64,000 nt of DNA, taken from positions 107,074,001-107,138,000 of the forward strand of contig NC_135890.1 of the NCBI RefSeq assembly GCF_964194155.1, written 5' to 3'. Source of the DNA: Cetorhinus maximus. Taxonomy: Eukaryota. The notes under the pieces were generated by a model that was not told the DNA's origin, did no database searches, and saw nothing but the letters and a program-made list of their open reading frames with translations. Every line of letters starts with the position of its first letter. Positions within the stretch are counted from its first letter, which is position 1. The translations under genes were made by a program, and so were the position numbers. Below, piece after piece: positions 22,222-37,000 of the stretch.

Positions 22222-24115
22222 CTTGTCAAATTTCTGTTAAGAAATGAACAAGATATCAGTGACGGAGATGCTGTGTATTGTGTATCAGTCACATAATACT
22301 ATTTTGAACATGCAATGCATTGTCCAGACAAGCATAGAATCTAGGTAACTAATACATTGTGTAATCTGCACCTACTGTACTCCCAACTCAGTCAAACTCC
22401 TTTAAGTATTTTATTCCCAATCGGTGCAATGCTGCACACAAAGCCATGGACTGCTGCAAATAGCGAGCAGCCAGCATCTATTGACAGATTAGAGCCTTTT
22501 GGACTTGAAATATGAACTCTGTTTCTCTCTTCACAGACGCTGCTAGGTCTGTTGAGTTTTACCAGCATTTTCTGTTTTAATACTGACTTTCTTCTGTTTG
22601 TACATTGGATTTCAACATCGCTGCCAAGGCTAGCGTTTATTCCCCAAAATTAATTGCCCTTGTGAAGGTGGTGGTGAGCTGCCTTCTTAAACCGCTGCAG
22701 TGTGTATGTGGTATAGGTCCCACAAGATGCCTCACTTGCTTAAATACAACTTTGATGTTCAGGGCAGTCACTCTCACTTCTAGAATTTATCTGTTTTGTC
22801 ACCTTTGGATCAAGTTGTAAAGAGGTGTGGAACTCAGGGGTGGTCCGAGGAGAACCCAAAATGTGATGAGTTAACATTTCAGGTGTAAATACTTTGTGGG
22901 AATTGGAAGATATTAAAATGATCCCACTCCTCACATAATTCGCCGGCTCACCCACATTCCCATATCTGCAACATTTCGATGTCATGTCTGTTTTCCAGTT
23001 TGAATGAGGCAGAAACTGAGTTAGAAATATTTGTGCAACTTATATTCTGAATTTATGTTGGAGTATTGAAGCTATCGGGTATCTGCTGCGCACACAGTTG
23101 CAAAACTCGGTTTTGGCCACAAGAGTGACTCAAGTAACGTGTAACATGAGCCGTGAATGAACGGGCTTCACTTGTGGGGAGCGCTGAACATTTAAACAGC
23201 CAACAGCAGAGTTCTCTAAACCAGGAACGATGAAACTGCTCTTCGTTGTGCAGAATTCCATCACAGCTTCGTTCGTTTTAGACACTGCACTCATGATGAA
23301 ATTAGATTTGTCAGGCTGCCCAAAACCTACATCTGCCCTGGGAATACAGGAATGATTTATCTCACTCACATCTCTCTCACTGTTTAACTTTGGTTATATT
23401 CTCTTGCACTGTCGCCACATTGAGAGGATCTTATTTTACGTTAAATTGACTGTGAGATTCAATATAACCCATTCGAGCTCCCAACATAAATTCACCCTCA
23501 GACGAATCTTACTATATTGTTTTAAAAAAGCAATGACCCTTGTAATCTTAGTTAATGAATGTTTAATGAATTATTTCGAATATTTGAACACCCCCGGTTA
23601 GAATATCTGAGAACGGGTGTCACATAAACATTAGATCTGTGTCTCCAACAGGATTGAGTTTTTTAAATTTTCTTTCCATTCTCACCGGGTTTTAGTAATA
23701 ATAATTTATCAGAAATTGCATCTGAGATTCAGAACAAAGCAATTTCCACACCAGAAACAGAATATTGAAATTGCCCCGAAAGGCAGAATGAACTCACAGT
23801 CCTTGCTGGAAGCACAGGTCCAGGAAAGTTCAGCTGCTGAATAATTTCTGATGCACTTTTTCTGCGCAGTTGGTCCTTTCTGTTTCCCTTCGCACCGACT
23901 CTCAGATCTGGACGGAGTATGTGAATCAAGCTCTTTGCTTCTGCTGCTCTGTATCTTGCTCTGTGCGTCTCTCCGTTAAACAACTCTGTCTGCGCGCGTC
24001 TCCGGCTCCCTCCTCCTTTTATTCTCAGACCCGGTTTCCGAACGTCACAGCCCCGCTGTCCTCTGATTGTCGCAAATCCCCTGTTCTGTTATGAAATAAA
24101 TGTGATCGGAGCTGA

Positions 24116-24128
24116 AGTTTCGTTTTCC
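24116..24128 (-). promoter_or_regulatory. ISRE of A2
   Basis: AGTTTCGTTTTCC. Confidence 0.8.
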
Positions 24129-27100
24129 GAAAACTTCCCCCCCACCCCCATGGTAGGACCTTAGGAAGTACAAAGGATCAGAGGGACCTTGGTGTACATG
24201 TCCATAGATCCCAGAAGGCAGCAGCACAGCAGATAAGGTGGTTAAGAAGGCATATGGGATGCTTGCCCTTGTTTGCCGAGGCATGGAACATAAGATTAGG
24301 GAGGTTATGTTGGAGTTGTATAAAACGTTAGACTACAGCTGCAGTAGTGTGTGCGGTTCTGGTCACCACAGCATAGGAAGGATGTGATTGCACTGGAGAG
24401 GGTGCAGAGGAGATTCACCAGGATGTTGCCTGGGCTGGAGTGTTTCAGCTATTAAGAGAGACTGGATAGGCTAGGGTTGTTTTCCTTAGAGCAGACAAGA
24501 CTGAGGGGGGACCTGATAGAGGTATCCAAAATTATGAGGGGCATAGATAGGGTAGATAGGGAGAAACCTTTCCCCTTAGCAGAGGTATCAATAACCAGGG
24601 GGCATAGATTTAAGGTAAGGGGCAGGATGTTTAGAGGGGATCTGAGGGAAACCTTTTTCACCCAGAGGGTGGTTGTAATCTGGAACACACTGCCAGAGGG
24701 GGTGGTAGAGGTGGGAACCCTCACAACATTTAAAAAGTATTTAGATGGGCACTTGAAATTCCACAGCATACAGGGCTACAGGCCAAGTGCTGGAAAATGC
24801 GATGGGAAAAGTTAGGTGCTTGATGGCCAGAACAGACACGATGGGCTGATGTGCCTGTTTCCGTTCTGTATAACTCTATGACTATCAAGCACTCATTCTA
24901 ACACAGACCCTATGATGAAAGGCACTTCCTGTGACACGTCAATATAAGGAAACAGGGAAGGGATTACAGTGATATGGCTGGTATAGCAGGATGGCATCTC
25001 CACATTGGCACCAGTGATGTAAATTATAAAATTCTTGATTTTGTACAGATTGAGGAGTGGGTACAAAAACTGAATTTGGCCACACAGTGGCCTGTGTCCC
25101 GAGCAGTGATACGTAGATAAGTGCTTGATGGCTGGCACAGACATGATGGGCCGAAGGGCCTGTTTCTGTGCTGTATAACCACATGACGCTACGACTCTAA
25201 TACAGTACAGTATTTCTTGGGCGGCTTCCTGAGTTGAGTTGGTTTATGTGAGATTTGGGGAGAGTGAGAGAAGGTGAAGGTGAGGTTGATGAGACCTGAT
25301 TTGAATGGCAGAGCCAGTTCAAAGGACTAAGCCTCTACTCCTTCTGATGTTCTTGTTTGATTTGACAGTGCAGCAATATTGTAAAAAGCTTGTCAAATGA
25401 AAGATTGCTTCTATTCTGAACTGATAGTGAGGGTGATTGCAGATTGAACTACAAATCTAGAGCCAACCCAAAGGGGCAGTGGAGTCAGTTCTCCTCTTAA
25501 AAATTAAGTTAGACATTTTGGCTGAGATAATCATCTTAGTCTGATGTAGCATGTAACTGAGCTGGAGAGGCTCTCCATCAAAAGTGTGCCCTCAAAATGG
25601 CTGCTGTAATACCCTTTCCATGATCTTATTCTGATTTTCTTCCACCTTCTGGAAACAAATTAACTCTTGCAATTAAATGAAGCAATGGAGTGGGGTCCCC
25701 ATATTTCCCTTTCTTTGTGCCCAGTTACCATCCCTGAAAATCAGCACCAGTTTACCAGTGGCAGTTCTTAACCGATCAGAGATGGGGAAGGTGAAGAGGA
25801 GAAAGGTGCTGGAGGCCAATCAGGATGAAGGTGCCGAGAAGTAAGGTGGGTCCAAACACCTCATGAGCATCAAACAGGCGCGAGCACTGATCCTTGCAGC
25901 ACCCGGCTAGTTACATCCTGCCAACCAGAAAATGGCCCGTTTATTGCTGCTACTCTGTTTTCTGACCATTAACCGATTCTGAGTTCATGTAATATATTAG
26001 CCCCAATCCCATGAGCCCCAATCTTTTGAAATAAACTCATTGGCGGTAGCTTATTGAATGCCTTTGGATAATCCAATTAAAATAAATCCACTGGTTCCTC
26101 CTCATCTACCCTGCAACTCAGAACATCAACAAACCTCGACAAACTTTAACAAATGTATAGAACACAGTTTCCCTTTCATACACCCATGTTGACTTTGACC
26201 AATCAAATTATGATTTTATAAGTGCCCTATTATCATGTCCCTAATAACAAATTGTTGCACATTCCTTTCTGTTGATGTCAGGCTAACTGGCCTATACTCC
26301 TTCCTGATTCTTTCTTCCTTCGTTTCTTGAATAGTGGGGTTATGTTTGATCCTCCCAATCCATGAGGAGTGTTTGAGTATCTATGGAATCCTGCAAGACC
26401 CAGTGTGCCCACTATCTCTGTAGCCAGATCTTTTACCCCCGAGGAAGGCGGCGATAGGTCCAGGGAATCTGTTGCCTTTTCGTCCCATGAATTTCTTTCG
26501 TACTTTTTTCAGGATACTATTAGATTAATCCTGGGGATTTTAATTTTCATAGCGACTGGATGAAATAAATCTGCTGTAGTAATGTGGGGGACAAGGTTAT
26601 AGAATGCAGTCAAAAATATTTTCTAGATCAGTGTCAGCAACCAGCCACAAGGAGAGGTCCCTAATTCTGGCAGTAGATAGGAAACACAATCTTGGGGACT
26701 CCTGGGTGTGGCTCCAGAGAACAGTATCCATCCCTCTGATTATACTGTCCTCTGCCATTACCACATTCCTTCCCCACAGCTTGCCCTCAACATAAATGGC
26801 CTCATGTATCATGGTTCTGTGGTCAGTTTTCTCATCCACCAGATTTTTTTATCATTCAGACAGGCAGCAGGAAGCCCATGACTGTTAGATAAGGACAATG
26901 GCTGAGGTCCCTTGCACTGCACGATTGTGCTACGCTGTCTATGTTCCTATTTTCTTATCCGCCTTGTGTCTCCTTACTAACCTGACCCGCAGCCACACCC
27001 TCCTGTCCCTGACCACTGTTCAGACACTATGGGGCACTATGTAACCTAAGGAGTGTGACTGCCTCTTGGATGAAGTGTCCAGCTAACAGTCTTCCTCCCT

Positions 27101-29530
27101 AATGCCGCACAATGCCTGCATCTCGGATTGAAGCTCGACAAGTCGGAAGTTGAACTTCCTTGAGGTTCAGACACTTACTGTGGATGTGGTTGTCAGCAAT
27201 TGCAATGCTGTCCACAATCTCCCACATGCTGCTGTTGTTGCAAAGCACCTGCAATGCCATCACTATCTAACCCAGTTTTATTTATTTCATTAATTAACAT
27301 TTATGCATTTAAACAACTTAGCTTATTTTGTTAACCTTTACGATATAGCTTTAAGTGAGTGGTATATTGATATTTATCTGTAAATTACCCATTTCCTCCC
27401 CATGCTGTGATGTCACTTTGTGAAAGCAACAAAGCCCTGAGTTTACCAGCACTTCTGGCCATTTATGAAGCAGTCATTGGCAGCATTCCCAAAAAAAACA
27501 CAACTGCTTTGATTTGAGAGCCTCTTGTTGAATCCTTTGGCTGCATTGAGTTTCTGGAATGTCTCAGTCACCAGGGTGTCCCTGACATTATGCCACACCT
27601 CCAGCTTTGCATTGCAATGTGGGTGTGGTCTCTCATGATTCAGCTTTAGCACAGCATGAGAAACCACCGTCTCCACTAGCTGCATGAGATGTATGCTCAC
27701 GAAACATTGATCTGTTAAAGCCTGTACCCTGATATCTTTGTGTTTGGTTCCTTCACCAAGGAAGAGTTTCTGTCCCCTCCAGGGAGAGAAAACTGTTTCC
27801 CTGTCATTTCCTCCCAGTTCTGTCTGCTCCCTGGTGCACCGTGAACCACCGACTGATAAGCTTCCACCTCAGTAATTCCCTTGTCTCAAGTAAGTGCATC
27901 GGGACAGGTGTTTGAATAAGCAAGTTGTCTCTTGGAAGTTTCTAGTATTCCAAACTGGAAGAATTAGAGAAGCATATTTTCTTAATTATTAAATGTGACC
28001 AGTGTGAACTTAATTTTTGTATAAATTGCTGCCTTAGTCTCAGAATCACAAAATCACACAGTGCAGAAGAGGCCCTTTGGCCCATTGAGTCTACACCGAC
28101 ATGGGAGAAATCCCCGACCTACCCACCTAATCCAATTTACCATAATTAATACTCTTAGTTGATCGCTCAATAAAGAATCAATACAGACATGATTAGCCAA
28201 TAGTTCTGTGTTGTAAATCTTTATCGTTCTCACAAAAACCTGAGTATTTGATATTTTTACCCAAAGCTGTGATGCTGTGAGAACCATTGAGATTGTCCAG
28301 TCTGAGCATGTGCAGACTGAATGTTTTGGTACAATTTGTTCATCGGCTCGCCGGCTGCCTCCGTTCCTGATCCCATCAGGGCCTAAAAATCCTGCCCGGA
28401 TTCTCTAACATATCATGTTAAATGCCACAGAAGATCAACCGGTACAATATAATTAATATAATTAAACAGTGGAAAATATGGGCTGGTGATCTGGGCTGGT
28501 GTGATTCTTCAATATTGTCCATAGGTGTCTCATTCATAGCTGATTCTCCCATCAACACTTGTCAGGGTAAATGATCATAACCTGGGTTTAAATCTGGATC
28601 CCGGATGGAATGCAGGGAAAACCACAGACAATACAAACAGATAGAAACACACATTCCAATTTTTATTAAAATGGACAACTTTACTTTCAAATCACATTGG
28701 GTATTTTGGCAAATACAATGTGCAGGCCTGACATCCTCTGCTCTTACACAACACTAAGCACCCAGATTAAAGCATTCCAATGTTAAACACATACAATTCT
28801 CCAAGAACACATTAAGGTTAAAGCAATTACTTGTAGATGACCTTAAGTCATTTTAAAATGAAGCTGGAAGACACTCATTGTTGATCCTTTGGAATTTTTG
28901 GCATGGCCCCTCCTATTCAGTGAAAGAGCTTTGGAATTGCCACATCAGCTAACTAATGGTCTCTGAGAGTGAGAAGGTGGATTCGTACTGAATGAGAGAC
29001 AAGTTTGGAGCTGTGGATCAGGGACTGGATCATTATTGGCCTAAATCTTCAGTAGAATTTTGAAGAGTAACAGAACATACTTTTGACCAATGATCGGCCA
29101 GGATTGATGTGAATCAAAGTATCACGAGTCAATGATCAGAATGGAACACGTTGCATTAGCAGTCCCCCCGAATCCTTCTATGTTGTTAATTAAGTTGCTG
29201 ACCCTTGTAAAAATTGTGTCCAATGTTTTGTACCTGCATCTTTCCTCAGGTGAGAATGCAGGAAGGTGACCTGCACCCAAGCCTCAGTTGGTATCATTTC
29301 CTAGCCAAACATTATCTGTTGAATAAACTTCCTGTTGTTATGGGAACTGGGGCAGACAGGAATAAGATTCATAAGTATCATGGACAAGTCAGTGACTGTG
29401 CAACCTGGGACTCTTACTAACTGCAGCTGAGAAAACAGGAGTATATGAAAAAATTGATCAATTGAGGCACTATAAATAATTTACTTCTGTAATAGCTAGA
29501 GTTCATGTTATAAACCGCTGCAAGTGCAGG

Positions 29531-29998
29531 TTAACCACCTCGTAGACGGAGCATGAGGAAGATGGTGCTCTCAGGCTGAATATTGTAGTCGGCGAGTGAC
29601 CGACCATCCTCCAGCTGTTTCCCCTCGCAAACCAGACGCTGCTGAGTGGCTGGGACACCCTCCTGCCGTTGTACTCGTGCTTTAAAATCCTGAACAGACT
29701 CAGAAGGAAGAACATCATATGTAGATGTTTTCCCCTTGTCATTCTTCAGGAATATTTGCATCCGCTCCTCGTTCTTGACAATCAGCATGACAGCATCGCT
29801 GGGAGAGACATTGTAGTCACACAGCCTCTTGTTGTCCTTCAGCTCCACAGTGCTCCCATTTTGCACCACCAGGCGCTGTTGGAAATAGGGCACATTGGCT
29901 TTTTTGTATATCATCATCTTGAGAGCCGAGATTTGGATGGAAGGGTCAACATCAAGTTCAATATCTTCACCGGTCAAAAACCTCACCTGGAGTCTCAT
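29531..29998 (-). CDS. ISG15: ISG15-like paralog B copy 2
   Basis: Intact 155-aa ORF ending LRLRGG. Donor CAG|GTATCC at ~31069. Confidence 0.88.
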   Translation of the reverse strand: MRLQVRFLTGEDIELDVDPSIQISALKMMIYKKANVPYFQQRLVVQNGSTVELKDNKRLCDYNVSPSDAVMLIVKNEERMQIFLKNDKGKTSTYDVLPSESVQDFKARVQRQEGVPATQQRLVCEGKQLEDGRSLADYNIQPESTIFLMLRLRGG

Positions 29999-31375
29999 CT
30001 TGTCAAATTGCTGTTAAGAGATGAACAGGATGTCAGTGATGGGGACACTTTATATCACGAGTCAATTGCTAAGAATGAATGAAAGAATTTAACACGCAAG
30101 ACGCATTGTCCCAGGCATTGGCTGCAAGCGCAGAAGCTGAGGGGTAACTGTTGTGTAAATTTCATCTGCAATAATAGCAACATCTGGCTTCCTACATGAT
30201 ACCTGAATCGCCTAGACACCAATCTTCACCAACTCCTCCCTTCCTGCCAGACAAAAAGCACCAGATTCACATATCTGTTCCCCTGATTGCATTTGGCTTT
30301 GTCTTTGCTGCTCTATGCTGACTTGTTAAAATATTCAGAATCCCCCTGGGATCTGCGTACTGAGCTGCAATGCTAGCATCTGTCTGAATTAGCCCTCAGT
30401 GAGCTGTGTAATGTGGCACAGTCTGTGTTTGGGTTCATGGGGAGATAAGAACATGGGCTTGGAAATTCTGTGGGTTTCTCTTGATCTTGCACCATAGCTT
30501 CAGCAATTCATCAATGGAGTCTAAGAGAATGGGTGTAAATGAAGGAAAATGACTGTAAGTTTCACCTTCAAATTAAAGGAACCATTTGTATAACTCTCTA
30601 AACCAGAAGACAGGGCATCCCCAGTCCAGTAGTAAAAAAAAAGTACCCTATTGTTGAGTAGAATTTTCTCTTTTGATGCAAGCGGTCTATGAATGAAATC
30701 TGTACAGTTATGACAGACCAAGCAGCAGAGAGTTATTCTGTACAGAAATGCTTCCTCTCAGATTCAGACTTACATAATGCACTGTATTGAAAAACAAAAA
30801 CTACTTTGCTGATATTAGATAATGAATGTTTAATGCATTAGTTTAAATTTCCATCTTTATAATAGCAGACAAAGGGGTGGCACATAAACATGTTAAGTTG
30901 TTATCACCTTGTATTGTCTTCAATAACTCACAGGCTATGCTTTTTAAATTAACCTGACCCAGTTCAGAGAATATTAAGAACTTATTTTAAATGGTGAGTT
31001 TCATTCAAAATGACTTATTTTAAAACCCAGAATTAGAATATTGAAATTTCTAAATAAAAGACAGGATACCTGACAATCTTTGCCGGAAGCACAAGTCCAG
31101 GTGAATCAGAAGAAATTTGAGCTGCAGAATGGGGAGAGATTCACTTCCCTGCACAGTTTGTTTTCTCTGTGTTTCTCCACACCGGCTCTCCAATCTAGTA
31201 TAAGGGAATGAAATTCTGTGTGTTTCTTGCTCCGTCTCTTCTGTGTTTCCCACCGTTAAACAAGTGAGTGAGTGTCTGGCTCCCTCCTCAGTCCTTTTAT
31301 TATTATTGCTGGTTTCTGAACGTCACAGCCTTGTTGCCCTCTAATTGCTTCGAAGAAACAAGTGAGACCAGAGCT

Positions 31376-31494
31376 GGTTTCATTTCCCAAAGCCTCCCGT
31401 CAGAGTCTGGGAAATAACCTGACAGGAGCAGCAGGAATGAACCTTGCTACAGGTATCAGGTACTGAATTCCGAGTTATCTCAGTTTCAGATTCC
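31376..31494 (-). promoter_or_regulatory. Proximal (31376-31387) and distal (31482-31494) ISRE-like motifs of B2
   Basis: GGTTTCATTTCC and AGTTTCAGATTCC. Confidence 0.7.
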
Positions 31495-31689
31495 TCTCTG
31501 GTGCCACAGTCATAAACAACAAGAACAGAATCAGCTGAGCGGTGAGTCAGAGGCCTCACTGCCTGTTTGAAGCTGTGGGCAGGGCTTGAACAATACAATG
31601 TATAAAGATACAGTGCATCAGACCAGTCAGTTTAATTATCTAATGAAAAGAAATTGGCCTCAAATTGCAGGGGTCCTGCTCCACGAGTA

Positions 31690-34028
31690 CAAGTCAAATT
31701 TGTGGAATGTCTACGAGATGGCTTTTTGGAGCAGCTTGTGGTGGAGCCCACTAGGGGACAGGCAATTCTAGATTTAGTGATGTGAAATGAGGCAGATTTG
31801 ATAAGGGTGCTTAAGGTGAAGGATCCCTTAGGAGGAAGTGACAATAATATGATAGAATTTACCCTGCAATTTGAGAGGAAAAAGCTGGAATCAGATGTAA
31901 CTGTATTACAGTTGAATAAAGGCAACTACAGAGGCATGAGGGAGGAGCTGGCCAGAATTATCTGGGAGATGAGCCTAGCAGGAATGACAGTGGAACAGCA
32001 ATGGCAGGAGTTTCTGGGAGACACATCAAAAATTCATCCCTTGGAAGAAGAAACATACTAAAGGGAGCACGAAGCAACCATGGCTGACAAGGGAAGTCAG
32101 GGACAGCATAAAAGCTAAAGAGAAAGCATACAATGCGGCAAAGAGCAGTGGGAAACCAGGGGATTGGGAAGCCGACAAAGACCTACAGAGGACAACTAAA
32201 AAAGAAATAAGGAGGGAGAAGATTAAATATGAGTGTAAACTGGCCAGTAATATAAAAGAAGATTGCAAGAGTTTTTTTTAGATATATAAAGGTTAAGAGA
32301 GAGGCAAAAGTGGACATTGGGCCACTGGAAAATGATGCTGGAGAAGTAGTAGTGGGGAACAAAGAAATGGCGGAGGAACTGAATAGGTACTTTGCGTCAG
32401 TCTTCGCGGTGGAAGACACGAGTAACATCCCAAACGTTCAAGAGGGTCGGGGGACAGAGGTGAGTATGGTGGCCATTACCAAGGAGAAGGTGCTAGGAAA
32501 ACTGAAAGGTCTGAAGGTGGATAAATCACCTGGGCCAGATGGATTACACCCCAGAGTTCTGAAGGAGATAGCTGAAGAGATAGTGGAGGCGTTAGTGGTG
32601 ATCTTTCAGGAATCACTGGAGTCAGGGAGGGTCCCAGAGGACTGGAAAATCGCTAATGTAACCACCCTGTTTAAGGAGGGAGTGAGGCAAAAGACAGGAA
32701 ATTACAGGCCGATTAGCCTGACCTCGGTCATTGGTAAGATTTTAGAGTCCATTGTTAAGGATGAGATTTCAGAATACTTGGAAGTGCATGGTAAAATATG
32801 GCAAAGTCAGCATGGTTTCATGAAGGGGATGTCATGCCTGACAAATCTGTTCCAGAAGGCCTTTGAAAAGGTGCCGCACAGGAGGCTGCTCAGTAAGGTC
32901 AGAGGCCATGGTGTTAGAGGCAAGGTACTAGCATGGATAGAAGATTGGCTGTCTAGCAGGAGGCAGAGAGTGGTGATAAGGGGATTCTTCTCAGGATGGC
33001 GGCCGGTGACTAGTGGAGTTCCGCAGGGGTCAGTGTTGGGCCCACAACTTTTCACTTTATACTTTAATGATCTTGATGAAGGAACTGAGGGCATCCTGGC
33101 TAAGTTTGCAGATGATACAAAGATAGGTGGAGGGACAGGTAGTATTGAGGAGGCGGGGAGGCTGCAGAAGGATTTGGACAGGTTAGGAGAATGGGCAAGG
33201 AAGTGGCAGATGGAATACAATGTGGGCAAGTGTGAGGTCATGCACTTTGGTAGGAAGAATAGAAATATAGACTATTTTCTAATTGGGGAGAGAATTCAGA
33301 ATTCTGGAGTGCAAAGGGATTTGGGAGTCCTAGTCCAGGATTCTCTTAAGATTAACTTGCAGGTTGAGTCGGTAGTTAGGAAGGCAAATGCAATGTTGTC
33401 ATTTATTTCGAGAGGACTAGAATATAAAAGCAGGGATGTGCTGCTGAGGCTTTATAAGGCTCTTGTCAGACCACATTTCGAATATTGTGAGCAATTTTGG
33501 GCCCCGAATCTCAGGAAGGATGTTCTGGCCCTGGAGAGGGTCCAGAGGAAGTTCAGGAGAACGATCCAAGGAATGAAAGGCTTAACATATGAGGAACGTT
33601 TGAGGACTCTGGGTCTATACTCAATGGAGTTTAGAAGGATGAGGGGGGATCTGATTGAAACTTACAAAATACTGGAAGGCCTGGATACAGTGGACATGGG
33701 GAAGATGTTTCCATTAGTCGGAGAGACTAGGACCCGATGGCACAGCCTCAGAGTAAAGGGAGGACCTTTTGGAAAAGAGATGAGGAGAAACTTCTTTAGC
33801 CAGAGAGTGGTGACTCTATGGAATTCATTGCTACAGAAGGCTGTGGAGGCCAGGTCAGTGCGTGTACTTAAAACTGAGAGAGATAGGTTCTTGATTGGTA
33901 AGGGGATCAAAGGTTATGGATAGTAGGCGGGAGAATGGGGTTGAGAATCTTATCAGCCATGATTGAATGGTGCAGCAGACTCGATGGGCTGAATGGCCTA
34001 ATTTCTGCTCCTATGTCTTATAGTCTCA
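31690..34028 (+). mobile_element. CR1-clade LINE, unit 2 copy (537-aa ORF with 69-bp in-frame RT deletion)
   Basis: LTNL|FQKAF junction at ~32850. Confidence 0.92.
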
Positions 34029-37000
34029 TGGTCTTAGGTAGAGGAAAACCCCTTTCCCTTTCCAATCACAAGGCCAAGGGGTTAATGTCACTTCGATGTC
34101 ATGGTGGAAGCTCAGAAACTGTAAGAGTGCTTTAGTGGACAGATCCATCCTAATCTTTGCTTTGTTTATAACATCTGAAATCCCTCTGTGACTATTCTCA
34201 CATGAGCCTTTTTGCTGCTACTGTGGACTCGAGCTTCTATGCCTCCCGTGTTCCTTTGCTGCCCCAGGTAAGAAGTACAAGGTTTGTGACATGTAAACCA
34301 TCTCCACCAATCAATACATTTTGATTGTCTTTTTCTAAAAGAAAACTTAATACTTTGTCAAATCCCACGTGTGCACACCCCGGTTGAATTACAATTCATC
34401 CTCAGACCCTTCCTCTAGCATCGACATGGTGCATCCTGTGTGACTTCAGCCAAGTTAGAGACAGGCTGTCCAGATCAGTGTTGGAAATTTTTGTCCAGCT
34501 TTGCCTTAACACATCCTCCAGCTGAACACTCCACTACTCGTGTTTTGATGGAGGTTCCAACCTGTATCTTACCCTCTCCTCCTCCAACAATGGAAACAGC
34601 AGCACAGCCATATCACAGCCGTAATACAGCCATGCCAGAGCCATATCACAGCAATATCGGAGCCATGTCACAGCCGTACCACTGTCATATCACAGCCATA
34701 TCACAGTGATACCTCCTCCGGATGTTCCCAGCATCACTGATACCAGTCTTCAGCCAATTGAATTCACTCCACGTGATATTGAGAAATGGCTGAAGGCACT
34801 GGACACTGCACAGAGTACGGGCTCTGATAATATCGTGACAATAGTAATGAAGACTTATGCTCTAGGACTTGCTGTGCCCCTAGCCAAGCTGTTCCAGTAC
34901 AGCTACAACAGTGGCATCCACCCGGCAATGTGGAAAATTGCCCAGGTATGTCCTGTAAACAAAATACAGGTCAAAACCAACTGGGCATATGACCGCCCCA
35001 TCAGTCTACTGTTGATCATCCGCAAAGTGGTGGAATGGGTCATCAACAGTGCTATCATGTGGCACTTGATTAGCAATAACCTGCTCACTGACACCCAGTT
35101 TGGGTTTGGCCAGAGTCAGTCAGCTCCTGACATCATTACAGCCTTGGGTCAAACATGGACAAAAGGATTGAAGAGAAGAGATGAGGTGAGACTCACTGCC
35201 CTTGACATCAGGGAAGCATTTGATTGAGTGTGGCATCAAGGACCCTTAGCAAAACTGGAGTCAATGGGAATCAGGGGGAAAGCCCTCTGTTGGTTAGAAT
35301 CATACCTAGCACAAAGGAAGATGGTTGTGGTTATTGGAGGTCAATCATCTCAATTCCAGTACATCACTGCAGGAGTTTCTCAGGGTAGTTCCTAGGCCCA
35401 ACCATCTTCAGCTGCTTTATCAATGACCTTCCTTCCATCATAAGGTCAGGCGTGGGGATGTTCGCTGATGATTTCACAATGTTCAACACCACTCGTGATT
35501 CCTCAGATACAGAAGCAGTCCATGTCCAAACGCAGCAAGACCTGGACTATATTCAGGGTTGGACTGACAAGTGCAAGTAACATTCACACCACACAAATGC
35601 CAGGAAATGACCAACACTAACAGGAGAAAAAGTAACCATCGCCCCTTGACATTCAATGGCATTATCATCGCTGAATCCCCAACTATCAATATCCTGGGGG
35701 TTACCATTGACCAGAAACTGAACTGGATTAGTCATATCAATACTGTGGCTATAAGAGCAGGTCAGGGGCTAGGAATTTTGTGGAGAGTAACTCGCTTCCT
35801 GACTCCGCAAAGCCTGTCCACCATCTACAAGGCACAAACCGGGAGTGTGATGGAATGCTAACACATGCCTGGATGAGTGCAGCTCCAACAACACTCAAGA
35901 AGCTTTACGCCATCCAGGACAAAGCAGCCAGCTTGATTGGCACTCCATCCACAAATATTCACTCCCTCCACCACTGACGCACAGTGGCAGCAGTGTGTAC
36001 CACATAGAAGATGCACTGCAGGAACTCACCAAGCCTCCTTACACAACACCTTCCAAACTCACGACCAATACCATCTAGCAGCAGAAACATGGGAACAGCA
36101 CCACCTGGATGTTCCGCTCCAAGCCACTCACTATCCAGACTTGGTCATATATCGCTGTTCCTTCACTATTGGTGGCTCAAAATCCTGGAACTCCTTCCCT
36201 AACAGCACTGTGGGTGTAACTACACCACATGGATTTCAGCAGTTCAAGAAGGCAGCTCACCACCACCTTCTCTAGGACAATTAGGGATGGGCAATAAATG
36301 CTGGACTATCCAGCAACACCCATATCCCATAAGTGATAAAAAGAAAACCATAGCCATATCACAGCCATACCACAGCGGTATCACAGGCAGACCACATTGC
36401 CAGCACCGACAGCCATGAAGGCAAATTGGAGTTATAGTTCTTTAAAGTACACTGTTGGGCTCCTCACTGTAACATAATCTTTAGCTCCTCTTGTTTACAA
36501 CTACGATCACCATCAGGTCCACATGGGATATGTTTGGTCCAGAAGATGGGAGTCTCCTTCGCTTGGTCCGTTGTCCGTCTAGGGATGGTGGGGTCTGATA
36601 CACACTTTGCCTAAGGGACTACCCTTTTTGCTGACTCTGCTGGGACATCAACCCCCTAAGGAATATATAGTTTCCTGGATGGAATTTACCTTGCCATTTG
36701 GACCGACATAACTGGATATAATTATCAGGTGGGCTCATCAGCATTATTCTTACTAAGATAAAAGCAAAATACTGCGCATGCTGGAACCTGAAAGAAAACC
36801 AAAAACTGCTGGAGAAACTCAGCAGGTCAGACAGCATCTGTGGAGAGAAAAAGCCAACGTTTCGAGTCCAAATGACTCTTCATCTTCAGTTCTGAAGAAG
36901 AGTCATCTGGATTTGAAACGTTGGCCCTTTCTCTCCACTGATGCTGTCAGACCTGTTGAGGTTTTCCTGCAGTTTTGGTTTTTGTATCATTATTCTAACG

